A DNA stretch of 64,000 nucleotides from an uncultured delta proteobacterium (GTDB lineage: Bacteria; Desulfobacterota; Binatia; HRBIN30; BPIQ01): contig CAVXGR010000013.1 in NCBI GenBank assembly GCA_963761335.1, forward strand, positions 288,001 through 352,000. The letters are read 5' to 3'. Below are positions 63,446-64,000 of the stretch, one piece after another. The notes below the pieces were generated by a model. It saw only the letters and a program-made list of their open reading frames with translations. It did no database searches and was not told the DNA's origin. The translations under genes were made by a program, and so were the position numbers. Positions within the stretch are counted from its first letter, which is position 1; each line of letters opens with the position of its first letter.

Positions 63446-63985
63446 TCAATGCAGGCGCTGCACTCGGCGGGAGGCCTGGATCTCGGCGACCAGCTGCTTC
63501 AGGCAGGCCTGTAGCTCGCCGCGATTTTCGCGCAGCTTCTGCTGAATGTCGCGGAGAGCACCGCGTTGGCGGCGGTCGCGCAGCGAGAGATGGCGCCGCT
63601 GCAGATCGGTGCGCTCGCTCAACAGCCGCTCCGCCTTGGCGAGCGACATCAGGCGGACGGTTCCTCCCTGGAGATCGTCGGTGACGGCGATGAAACGGCT
63701 GAGCAGACCGGTGTGGTGGTTGTGAACCTCGCTCAGCAGACCGCGGTCGCTGATGTGCGCGTCGAGGTAGAAGGAGCGCGAGAACTCCCGCAGGGCCTTC
63801 TCCACCTCGCCGCGCTGCAAGAACGCGTCGCCGCGGCGGCTTCTCTGCTGGGCGCGGGTGAATCGCAGTCGCTCGAGCGAACGGCCGACCGGGAGATTCA
63901 GCGCATTCCACAGCACCGACAGGATGGCGAGGACTATCGCCAGCGAGACCGCCAGCAGCACGGCGGCGAGGACAAAGGTGAACAT
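63446..63985 (-). CDS. Hypothetical membrane-anchored helical protein
   Basis: N-terminal TM segment, TPR-like hairpin, C-terminal coiled coil. Confidence 0.7.
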   Translation of the reverse strand: MFTFVLAAVLLAVSLAIVLAILSVLWNALNLPVGRSLERLRFTRAQQRSRRGDAFLQRGEVEKALREFSRSFYLDAHISDRGLLSEVHNHHTGLLSRFIAVTDDLQGGTVRLMSLAKAERLLSERTDLQRRHLSLRDRRQRGALRDIQQKLRENRGELQACLKQLVAEIQASRRVQRLH

Positions 63986-64000
63986 CGCCTTCGGCAGCCG

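Overview
High-GC bacterial chromosomal window that spans the replication origin. It contains dnaA-dnaN-gyrB-gyrA with DnaA boxes and a Bacillus-like unwinding element between dnaA and dnaN, and gene polarity flips at dnaA. The Pro/Thr-linker secreted proteins, dockerin-like tail, F420-type enzymes and delta-proteobacterial-style housekeeping genes suggest a Binatia/Myxococcota-like lineage (inference only). Most of the ~55 CDS are housekeeping or metabolic: sucAB, cbpA/cbpM, typA, bioB, pyrE, maf-yggS-proC-yggT, slt, ldcA-mpl, polB, fhs, SDRs and two GGTs. No tRNA, rRNA, CRISPR array, transposase or integrase was seen. The most notable items are: (1) a secreted-protein operon at 33209-39236 whose first gene ends in a full-length, two-lobed BPI/LBP/PLTP (TULIP)-like lipid-binding module and shares an unnamed Cys-containing N-terminal domain with the next gene; (2) a thiolase paired with a Cys-less HMGS-DUF35 fusion, mirroring the PhlABC architecture; (3) several families of 7-8 bp-period intergenic repeats sitting on stop codons in a fixed orientation, one of which brackets a TPR gene like a cassette; (4) an ERp18/AGR-like thioredoxin; (5) a ferredoxin-Zn-ribbon fusion. 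All homology calls come from motif recognition by eye; no database searches were run.
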